A stretch of DNA of 63,879 nt, filler included, from Stramenopiles sp. TOSAG23-2 (lineage: Eukaryota): the NCBI GenBank assembly GCA_900128395.1. It is 3 parts of 3 records of this genome, joined end to end, with 100 filler letters (N's around TTAATTAATTAA, not from the genome) between each part and the next. Parts side by side here need not be neighbours in the genome. Positions count along the whole stretch, not along the records: positions 46,725 to 63,879 come from LT649573.1; 2 more parts are not named here. The stretch is one strand, 5' to 3'. Both the position numbers and the translations under genes were made by a program. Positions 52,297 to 62,300 of the stretch are shown here, piece after piece; the stretch's first letter is position 1; each line of letters opens with the position of its first letter. Below the pieces are notes generated by a model that saw nothing but the letters and a program-made list of their open reading frames with translations, did no database searches and was not told the origin of the DNA.

Positions 52297-55200
52297 ATGA
52301 AAAGAATGGGCCGTGTATATAAGTATACGTTGTTTGTTGGTATTATTTTTATTTTGTCTCTATTTTGTTTTTCAGTCAATGTTGTAAGTGAAAAAACTGA
52401 AACGAAGCTACGTGGGCAATCATCTGCTGCTAAATGGGGTGTATTGAAGAAAGGGTGGAAGAAAGTAACGACTACAGTTAAAAAAATTGCTGGACACGTG
52501 AAGAAAAAGGCCAATAAAGTAAAGATTCTTTTTCAAGAACGGGTTCTGGGGAAAATGAGGACGATAAAGGATAAATTTGTTCTTGCTTCATCTGGTGGTG
52601 GAACTCGGGCTTTTTTTGGCTTTGCTGGTTTCATAGAAGGGTATAAAAATGGATTATCAGATATATTAAAAGATACAGAATTCATTGCAAGTAATTCAGG
52701 TTCATCTTGGTTAATGAATAGAGTCTTGATGGAAGGTGGCTATCCAGAGAGTGGTCAAAACAAGTGGGTTGACAAAGTCCATGATGAAATGAGTGGTTAT
52801 GAACTGCGTGAGAAAAAAATGAATGAGCTAAAAGACAAATATGCAAAGGAAAAATTCGACTTTAAAGTTGGCCAGGATGTTTACGTATTTCGGGATGGAA
52901 TTCAGTGTCTGGGGACACTAAAAAGGCAGACATTTCTGGATGGTCATGGTATCGAAAGAAAAGACAAGGAAAAAATTTTAAAAGCTAGGCGTGAAACATT
53001 AGAAAAGTTAGAACCACTAATAAATAAATATTTTGGAAGCAAACATAAGTTTGTAGCTTTTATTAAAGAAAAACGACAAAGTTGCCATGCTCCTAAAAGT
53101 GCTGAAGTTATTGTTCAAATAAAATGTGGAAGGCAAGCGCACGTTGACGATGCTATGCCAGATAGTCAGTGTAAATGCGAGACACTGCATTTACTCCGAT
53201 TGAACATGTTTCATAAAGAAGTCATTCATTTTGATAAACAGACAAAAAAACCAGTACGACTTTTACCAGCATCTTTAGACCAAGATGAGCAAAGATTAAT
53301 GGTGTCGGGACTTTTACAAATGGGTGTTTTTGCTAGTTGGTTTAAACAGCTTTCAATGGTTGGTTTGCTTTTCAATTTTCTTAATGCTCATATTTTAGAA
53401 ATTTTAGATGGTGGCCATCGTACTTGGCGCGATTTTGTCCAGATAAGTGCAATGAGAGGCTTGGAAAAAAGAAATAATAGAAAAGTCATGTGGAGACAAA
53501 TGGTAGCTGTTGGTACATCTGGATCTTACTATGATAAGAATGTTTTAGTAAATACGTACGAAATACAATGTAAGGGCATCAAAAAACCTTTACCTAAATT
53601 AGTTTCCGTATACATTACTGTGGAAAATGGCGATAATCCAATCATCAAAGTCGATGTACCGTATTTTAAAAATAAAAACAATTGTGTTTTTCGTTATAGA
53701 GAATTGAAATATAAAAGAGAACAGTTAAAATTTGAACATTTATTAAATCCAAATATAAAAAAAGAACAGCAATGTTTTGTTCCTGTCACGCACGATACAA
53801 CGGTAACACGTGAAATACCATTTAGTGGAAATGATTTAATCAAAGTCATTAAAGAAGAGTTTACACAATTGTGGAAAAATGAACCATATTTTATGTCATC
53901 TGCAAGTAGTAATTTCCCAGGATTGGCTGCATCGGAAAAATTATTAGATGGTATTGATTTCTTTAAGTTTAAAAACGCTAAATATAACAGTATCAACAAA
54001 TGGTCTCGCAACATGCTTTTTGGTATTGTGAATGCATTTGGTAATGAAATGAAACATAGAATATTTAAGCCACAAAAAGGCGAACGTTACCATTTGAATA
54101 TGCCAAATCCAAATTTAGTCGAAAATGCAAGAGAACAGGTTCCAAATAGTCAACAACAAACAGCTTCTTCTTCATCATCGTCACACGGATTGAATTTCAA
54201 TTTATTAGATGGTGGTTATATTGATAACACTGGTGTTAGCTTAAGTCTTCATTATATGCTGAAGAAATACAAGTCGAACAAGATGCCAAAATTAATTTCA
54301 TTGCTGCATTCTAGTACTTTTGAAGATAACATGGATGCGATCAAGAAATTTTTTGATCATGACGGCGGATTCATGGAATTCGATGAATGCCAAATATTCA
54401 AAGGTAAATTTAACCAAAAGGGTTTTGAAAAAACATGTGATAAAGCAAGAAATCATAAAGAGCCATATTGTTATTATGAAGTGAAAGCAACTACGATTAA
54501 ACATGAAAATCATGGTATACCAGCAGGTAGAAAAGTGAAGATTCTTTTCATTATACCTTTAGCATTTGAAGGTTTACCGGTATTAGCATTAGAGAACTCC
54601 AAAGAATTATTTAAGAGCTCATTTAAAGTTTTGAAAAAAGTTGATGCAATTGAAAATGCCGTTTTTAAACGAACAGAAAAACGCTCATTTTTCTTAATTA
54701 AATGGGTAAAAGATTTATTCAACAAAGGTCATAATACAATATCAGGTATTTGGGGTATATTTTCGATAGCTTCTAAAACAAATGTGGGTTTAAAAAAATA
54801 TACGAGCGGTAGTTTAGGTAAGCTTATTAAAAAAATACTGCGTGTATATAAATGGACTAGAAAATTCAAGAAAGGAAACTGTAATTATAACTATCAAAAT
54901 AACCAGATATATCAAGATACAATTGGCTTTTTCATCGAATTGAAAAATAATATAGGTAAGCATGATGATGAGAATTATGCACAAAATGGTGTAAACAATG
55001 CACAAGATTTATATACACAATATTTAGAACATGAGAGGAACGCTACAAAAAAAAATAAAAATGCAAACTTTGCAAAACGTTATGCAGACGTAAGTCAATT
55101 TTTAGAAGTAGCACTTGCGAAAATGATACGATTTTTTCCAACGTTTCAAAACTATGTCAACGTATGTGGATTTAAAAGTACAAATAGGGGTAGATGTAAA

Positions 55201-55806
55201 TTTTATAAGATTGCTGGTGGAAATCTTATTACCCCATTTGTTGAAGGAGGCTATTTACAAGCAATAGTGGATCTTGTAAATGCTGTGCTGAAAGAAGGAA
55301 AAAATTTGAAACCAAGCTGGTGGCAAGTTATTCAAAAAGTGAAAAACCATTACCATCCTATCAATCGAATAATAGGTATGCTAGATAGATTTTCAAACGA
55401 TTTAAAAAACAAAAAGTGTCAGAAAGATATTATTAAAGGAATAACAACGATTTTTGACAAGTTAATTGTTGACCTTCCATTCAAATACGCAGCAGCAAAG
55501 ACCGATGTAGATAAATTTAATCTTGAAACAGATGCTTCGAATTTTTTTACAAGTACATACAAAGGTGTTGGAAAAGAAACTTTTTCAATGAGAAAAATTT
55601 TCAGAGAAACGACTCGTACATTAAGTAAGAACTTGGCAGATGGCACTATGGATTTTCAACAAACAGGATCTGGTTCAGGATCTGGTAAGAAAACTAGGAT
55701 GAAAAAAAAACGACATAATAAATTATTGTACAAGAATAGATTCTATTCGAATAGATATAAAAAGAAATATAGACCATCCATGATGCAACAAAAACGTAGT
55801 AAATAA
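52297..55806 (+). CDS. Large secreted or signal-anchored patatin/cPLA2-superfamily (lyso)phospholipase
   Basis: Hydrophobic N-terminus; oxyanion loop SSGGGTRA; nucleophile ASNSGSSW; catalytic Asp LLDGGYIDN. Confidence 0.75.
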   Translation: MKRMGRVYKYTLFVGIIFILSLFCFSVNVVSEKTETKLRGQSSAAKWGVLKKGWKKVTTTVKKIAGHVKKKANKVKILFQERVLGKMRTIKDKFVLASSGGGTRAFFGFAGFIEGYKNGLSDILKDTEFIASNSGSSWLMNRVLMEGGYPESGQNKWVDKVHDEMSGYELREKKMNELKDKYAKEKFDFKVGQDVYVFRDGIQCLGTLKRQTFLDGHGIERKDKEKILKARRETLEKLEPLINKYFGSKHKFVAFIKEKRQSCHAPKSAEVIVQIKCGRQAHVDDAMPDSQCKCETLHLLRLNMFHKEVIHFDKQTKKPVRLLPASLDQDEQRLMVSGLLQMGVFASWFKQLSMVGLLFNFLNAHILEILDGGHRTWRDFVQISAMRGLEKRNNRKVMWRQMVAVGTSGSYYDKNVLVNTYEIQCKGIKKPLPKLVSVYITVENGDNPIIKVDVPYFKNKNNCVFRYRELKYKREQLKFEHLLNPNIKKEQQCFVPVTHDTTVTREIPFSGNDLIKVIKEEFTQLWKNEPYFMSSASSNFPGLAASEKLLDGIDFFKFKNAKYNSINKWSRNMLFGIVNAFGNEMKHRIFKPQKGERYHLNMPNPNLVENAREQVPNSQQQTASSSSSSHGLNFNLLDGGYIDNTGVSLSLHYMLKKYKSNKMPKLISLLHSSTFEDNMDAIKKFFDHDGGFMEFDECQIFKGKFNQKGFEKTCDKARNHKEPYCYYEVKATTIKHENHGIPAGRKVKILFIIPLAFEGLPVLALENSKELFKSSFKVLKKVDAIENAVFKRTEKRSFFLIKWVKDLFNKGHNTISGIWGIFSIASKTNVGLKKYTSGSLGKLIKKILRVYKWTRKFKKGNCNYNYQNNQIYQDTIGFFIELKNNIGKHDDENYAQNGVNNAQDLYTQYLEHERNATKKNKNANFAKRYADVSQFLEVALAKMIRFFPTFQNYVNVCGFKSTNRGRCKFYKIAGGNLITPFVEGGYLQAIVDLVNAVLKEGKNLKPSWWQVIQKVKNHYHPINRIIGMLDRFSNDLKNKKCQKDIIKGITTIFDKLIVDLPFKYAAAKTDVDKFNLETDASNFFTSTYKGVGKETFSMRKIFRETTRTLSKNLADGTMDFQQTGSGSGSGKKTRMKKKRHNKLLYKNRFYSNRYKKKYRPSMMQQKRSK

Positions 55807-56350
55807 GGGGTGTTTGTGTATATATATATATATATATACGAGAATATTTTTTTCTTGTCTAATAATGTAGTCGCGCGTGTGTGTGTATGTATTTGTAATA
55901 TAATTCTATTAATACATGTATCATATCGTTTACATTTTTGAAATGTGTGTACTTTCTTTATACTAATAGAACTAATTTTCCTATCAAAATCCAGACACAG
56001 CCTTTTTATTCCGTCTCGATGATTGGTCGTTGTTGTTGTTGTTGAAAAAAGAAATACTGGTACATACTAATAATAATACCCAGTTACTACAAAATTAAAG
56101 TAGTTTCAAAAGTGTTAATGTTAAAAATAAAATACAATTAATTTTAATTTGTGAATATATAGAAATACATCAATTTGGAAAGAATACAAACATATATATA
56201 GATACTATTATACATAAAGATTATCGAGGATAGACTGCAATTGTGTTTTTACATTCATATAAACTTCGTTGTTTATATGTACATATTGGTTTACGTTTCA
56301 AATATATTTATACACATTATTAATTTCAAACAAAATAGAAGAATATAATA

Positions 56351-57757
56351 ATGAAATACTATTATGCAACAACAATAATATTATTGCTGATCATTGCGCC
56401 ACAACATATACTTGCGGAAGATGGGGGTGATATTCCTCAAAATTGGGCAAAAACAGTCTATTATAATCATACAATACATTATCCAAAAACTGTTGAGGAA
56501 ATACAACATATATTACAATACCATGCGAAAATACGTGTTTTAGGTTCCATGCATTCGTTTAATAATATCACTAAACTACCAGAAGAATTTAATGGAGTAT
56601 ATATTTCAATGTCTAATATGAACCAAGTTATTAAATGTTGCAGGGGTGAAAGAGTTACCATTCAACCTGGTATTACATTTGGTGAATTAGGTGAATATTT
56701 ACATGAACGTAATTTTGGTTTTCATAATATGGCATCTTTACCGCATATAACAGTTGGTGGAGCAATATCAACCGGTACACATGGTGCAGGTGTTTTCAAT
56801 GGTAACTTAGCATCACATGTTGTGCAAGTAAAACTTATTAGTGCTGATGGTAAATTACGTACATATCGTATTGGGCAAGATCCAGAATTTCAACACATTC
56901 CTGTATCGTTTGGATTAGCTGGTATTATTGTTGAAATTGAATTAGATATTGTACCAGATTATGATATTCAACAATGCATTTATGAAAATTTACCATTCAA
57001 TACAATTAAAAAATCTGATTATAAAACTGCATTTTCAAGTGCATATTCATTTAGTATATTTACACAATGGAAAAATAGAAAATTTACATCCATATGGGCA
57101 AAGTATCGATTAAGGAAAGGCAGAAATGGCAATGAGGAATCAATCATGATAGATTGCCCCGATATGAATAAAATCAAACCAAGTTCAAATAAAGTCCATC
57201 CATTACCAGGTGGTGATACTTCATTTGTTAGTGGTGGTATTGGTAAAAATTATAAAGAACCTGGATATGTTGGATTACCACATTTTTTGATGGAAGGTGT
57301 TCCTAGTCAAGGGGAAGAATTACAATCAGAATATTTTGTATCATCGCATAAGTTTGATGCTGTAATAGAAGTATTATTCCATCATTTCGAGGAAAACCCA
57401 AAATTGTATGATTTATTATATGTTAGTGAAATGCGTTTTGTAGCTGGTGATAAATTAACATTAAGTCCACAACATGTATTAGGTTCAAGTATTGGATTTC
57501 ATTTTACATGGAAAAAAGAATTTGATCAAGTAGTAGATGCATTGAAAGGAATTGAAAATGTATTAAAACCATATAATGCATTGCCACATATGGGAAAATT
57601 ATTTACAATGACTGGTCGTGAATTAGAGGAGAAATATGGTCAACGCAATTTACGTGCATTTCAATCATTTGTTGCACCATTGGATCCATTGAAAAAATTT
57701 GTAACTCCGTTTTTACAAAATTTGATTTTATTACCGACGGATAAACGTGAGTTGTGA
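56351..57757 (+). CDS. FAD-dependent alditol/xylitol oxidase-like (VAO family) with signal peptide and C-terminal KREL
   Basis: NWA..Y, LGSMHSFN (covalent-FAD His), HNMASLPHITVGGAISTGTHGAG, LPHF..PSQGEELQSEY, GFHFTW and PHMGKLF. Confidence 0.88.
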   Translation: MKYYYATTIILLLIIAPQHILAEDGGDIPQNWAKTVYYNHTIHYPKTVEEIQHILQYHAKIRVLGSMHSFNNITKLPEEFNGVYISMSNMNQVIKCCRGERVTIQPGITFGELGEYLHERNFGFHNMASLPHITVGGAISTGTHGAGVFNGNLASHVVQVKLISADGKLRTYRIGQDPEFQHIPVSFGLAGIIVEIELDIVPDYDIQQCIYENLPFNTIKKSDYKTAFSSAYSFSIFTQWKNRKFTSIWAKYRLRKGRNGNEESIMIDCPDMNKIKPSSNKVHPLPGGDTSFVSGGIGKNYKEPGYVGLPHFLMEGVPSQGEELQSEYFVSSHKFDAVIEVLFHHFEENPKLYDLLYVSEMRFVAGDKLTLSPQHVLGSSIGFHFTWKKEFDQVVDALKGIENVLKPYNALPHMGKLFTMTGRELEEKYGQRNLRAFQSFVAPLDPLKKFVTPFLQNLILLPTDKREL

Positions 57758-58736
57758 AAAAAGAGAATTTTTATTTAAAGAAGATATACAACGATCTAAT
57801 GAACCTTTATTGGAACGTAATAAAAAGTAATCATGCTGAATATATATCACAGAATTATAAAGTGGGAGTGAAAGAGCTGTATTGTTGGGAGTGGAATTGT
57901 GGAAAATCTGTGTTGTCCCAGAGTATAAATAGTACGTGTACTATATGTTAATGTAAATTCAATATTAGTGTATTTAATAATGATTTTAATAATTTATTTA
58001 CTTTATCTTTTTTTAAAAATATTACACTGTCGCACCTGTCCACTGTCCATAAATACTGTATGATGGATAAGGTGCTGATACCGAATATATTTATCTTCTC
58101 AAATCCAAGCCAATCCAATGGTATGCACATGCTATATTTTAATAATCAGTTACACATTTTTAAGCTATAATTCTATATTTATATATATATATAGATGTGT
58201 GCAAGCGTGCAAACGACATATATATTTATTAATAGTTTGATGAAGCAAGAACAATATACATACATAAAAAAAAACGAAATGCCAGAAAACGTTGTAGAAG
58301 AAACAAAACCAAATGAAAATCGTGAAACAAATGAAGATGATATAATTGATCTGGAAAAGTGGGTGTTAGAAGTGGAATTTGAAAAAGTTATCAAACCAGA
58401 GGAAAACAACGGTAGTAATACAAAATGCAAAACAATGGGAAGAAGCAAAGATAAAACTTGAGGCATGAGGGAGTGTTTTTTGTTTTGTTTTTTAAAAATT
58501 ACACAGTGTTGTGTGGTATCTGATATACGAAGAGTATGATAATATAATAAAAAATACGACGCTCGTAAAAATATAATTACGACGCTTCGTATACAATATA
58601 ATAAAAAAATATCATCTCTAGCTTTTGTATATTATGAGAAAATACTATCATACGCGTCGTACACTTCTCGTTACAAACACATTTTTTTTTACAAAGTTCG
58701 TATTTAAAAATCACATTTTCATTTTTCTACACATCT

Positions 58737-59315
58737 TCAATCCACCACAATCGCCACACCATCCACACTCCTTGTCTGCAATTCATACGTTTTCAATAAT
58801 TTACCCTTCTCCTCCTTTCTTTTCCTTCCTGTTGAGGACTTCATATTACAACAATAACATATTGCACCACCAATACAACAGACAGAAATCAATATGATTA
58901 TACCACCAATCAATAACATCATCATTTGCTCCTCCATCTCCTTCTTCCTCTTCTCCTCACCATCCTCATTGTCAGACAATGATGGCCCNNNNNNNNNNNN
59001 NNNNNNNNNNNNNNNNNNNNNNNNNNNNNNNNNNNNNNNNNNNNNNNNNNNNNNNNNNNNNNNNNNNNNNNNNNNNNNNNNNNNNNNNNNNNNNNNNNNN
59101 NNNNNNNNNNNNNNNNNNNNNNNNNNNCTACGACGACGACGCATACGTTTTTCATCATCACATCTAACATCATCACCTGGACAGTCATAAATAGCTATAA
59201 TACTAACTGTATTTGCTGGAACATTAATAGCTGCTGCAATATTTCCCGCAATAGCATTTTTCATCGTTGATGTACTTAATTCTGCTGCTGTTACATCTTC
59301 TGATGTTGATGATAA
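58737..59315 (-). CDS. In-frame continuation of the transglutaminase ORF: juxtamembrane domain, TM helix, cytosolic tail (contains N gap 58989-59127)
   Basis: Same frame directly after the TAA: LSSTSEDVTAAELSTSTMKNAIAGNIAAAINVP...RRRR[gap]...LLIGGIIILISVCCIGGAICYCC. Frame across the gap is uncertain. Confidence 0.65.
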   Translation of the reverse strand, partial: LSSTSEDVTAAELSTSTMKNAIAGNIAAAINVPANTVSIIAIYDCPGDDVRCDDEKRMRRRRXXXXXXXXXXXXXXXXXXXXXXXXXXXXXXXXXXXXXXXXXXXXXXXGPSLSDNEDGEEKRKKEMEEQMMMLLIGGIIILISVCCIGGAICYCCNMKSSTGRKRKEEKGKLLKTYELQTRSVDGVAIVVD

Positions 59316-62300
59316 TTAAAATTTAGCTTCAATTGTTTCAACAACAGGTGCTGATGGTGTTGTTGTTGTTGTACCAATTGTCGTCTTTCCTGGCCCAATC
59401 GTACTAGTACTACTATCACCATTATCAATATTCATCGTTACCACCCTCAATATTTGCATATTAATTGTTTTATTAATTACTGTACCAGCAAATGCAATTG
59501 GAATTGCTTCTTGTTTATTTGCTTCTGTCCATTTCATATTTGTACCTTCACCAGCATTTAATAATTTACCTGTAGTTGCATCTGCTGCGCCACTTCCACA
59601 ATTATCCCACCATGATGGTGGAGATTGTGTGGAATCATAATAATATGTCGAACCTGCTGCTCCCGGATTCCCAGAAATTGTATTTAAACATGAGCCTGGA
59701 ACAACATCACACCAATTATTATGATGATAGCCTGGACTTAAAAATGGATTACCACATGAATGGTTATAAAATTGAAAGACCGTAGAATCCGTATTTGTAT
59801 ATGCCCATTCTTCTTTACATTGACAATTTTGCATCGTACGTGGTTTACATCGTGGTAATTTTCCTCCATTACATGTATCTGGAATTAATTTTGATATTTC
59901 TACATTACATTCCACACGAGTTCGTGCAAATGTAATATTACTACATAGATAGTTTGAAAAGGCTTCACAAAATGATAAAGATGATATGGAAGATCCATTG
60001 ATATATTTCCCAATCAAATCAATTGTTACATCACATTGATTATTATCTTGCTCATCATATTCCTTATAAAGTGGTTTCGTTGGCCTGGAATAATCTAATA
60101 ATTCTAAATTCATTGTTGTAGAAAAATTGTTCACTTTAAATACAGGATCAATACAATCAATCGTATCGTTTAAAATAAAACACCTGTGGGAAAACTGCCA
60201 TGTTTTACCATCACTTCCAAGTTCTTTAAATTCGCCATTTAATTGGAAACATGAATACGTGCAACAATCTCCACCATCCCAACATCCATCCACATTATTA
60301 CTTTGTTGACAAATGCCATCATCTGGTCCACCTATACTAGCCCATGATTTTGTAATCCCAGCATTTTGACATCCAGATTTACGAATATTTTTATCTAAAT
60401 GTGCTAAAGCTGCTTGACTTTTTGTACCAGATGTTGGTCGTATCCATTGTCCACGATTATCGTCACAAAATATTCTAGATTGTAATGAACCTGCGCCAAT
60501 TAATGGAGTACAAATAATTTTTGTACGTTCTTGCATTAATACAACACCATCATTTGCAGTACTTGCTGTTACTTCAAAATGCAATGCATATGCTCTTTCA
60601 CCTGGATCCATTGCACTTGTAATATTATGTTCTACATTTCCAACATCAAAATACGTTGCAGCATATTTTAACCATTGAGAACGTTCAATTTCTTGAAAAA
60701 TACAATTGTTATTGTTGGTACTACTTGCTGTAATTGTTTCTTTAAAAATAGTAGCTACAATATTAGATGTATAATCTCGAACTGTAACTACTAATCCACA
60801 ATTTAATATCGGTACTACTTTGTTATTATTATTATCAACCGTTATCGCAATTAAAACAGCTGCAGCTGGATGACCAGGTTCATTTATTACTGGACCAGTA
60901 GCCGTAGGTGCCATTCCAACACTTATATTGTAAAGTGTTAAATTTACATTTTTATCATTACTATTACTCAAATATCTTCTTCCACTAGAACTACTACTAC
61001 CCGCTGTCGGCATACCAGGTCCACTTGGTTCTTTTCCTTTATACTTACTAGTAATATCATCTAAATCTGCACTACAATCACGTGGTTCATCATCATTTGT
61101 ACTTTTTAAACATGCACTAGATATATCACCTTTTTTCTTTGTTGATATTTGCAAACCAAAACAACCATATTTTGATGTTTGATTACGACAAACTGGATCT
61201 AAATTCTTTTTAATCATTTTTAATGATGCCGGGCCCATCATATAACCACCATTTGTTGGTAAACTTTTATCACCACCCGCAGATGGTTCTTGTGGTGTTG
61301 CATCTACAGCTTGCCAATTATTTGCACATGAAGAACATTTTAAAAATTGATTCAACATTGGTCGTTTAAAATACATTTCATTCCAAACATGGAATGACCA
61401 TATCGAATCATGACCATGTCCATCTGGTATTGCACTTGGTTGGAAAATACCAGTTGCTGAATCTACGGTGTAAAATTTACTAATACTACGATCTGCATTT
61501 GTATCATGCGCTGATTGAAATGTTGTTACTGTTCGTGTTGGTATCCCTAATGAACGCCCTATAGTAGTCATTACTCCACTATAGACAAAACATTGACAAT
61601 ATTGTACAGATTTACCACCAACTTTACGATGTACTTGAAATAATTCAGTTGTACCTTTCCAATGTCCAGGTTCAAAACATGTTGGATTTGTACTACTACT
61701 ACTACAACGATATCCACCACTTGGTCTTCCACTAGTATACGAGCCTTCCCCCCATTTTCCATAACAAATATCACGACCAAGGGAATATGTAAGATGCCTT
61801 GATACTAATGCTACATCACCACGTTCATTAATATGCATTCGACGCAAACTATCTAATGAAATTGCTAAATTATTAAATTCATATTGATCAAAATCCCATA
61901 CATGTGCAGTATTATCATCTGAAAGACCTTGCCATATTAATCCTTTTTCATTTTCAACATATTCATCTCGATTCGACTTGGTTTGTTTCACATCCTCATA
62001 TCTACCATATGGATTAAATAACACAACCATTGTTGTATTACATGAGTATTCAATAATTCGTTTAATTGTATTTTTTACTGGATCTATATCATCTACTTTA
62101 ATAAATGCAGTTAATCTGTACCAGCCGACTGGTGCATTTGGAAATAATTTAACACGAACAGAAACACGTGTTGCACCATCTTGTGTTGTTTCAACTTCAT
62201 AATTTTCCTCCGATAACATTTGTTGATTTGGTTCATTGATAAGATATAATAATTTAGATGATGTCACATCATCATCTTCTTGTAAACCAAAACGATAATT

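Noticed and set aside
59316-59318. Possible TAA reassignment (alternative genetic code)
   Set aside because: Many conserved genes here (GLTP, hemB, DIS3L2, WBP2, POP4) end cleanly at TAA, and no other long gene has internal stops.
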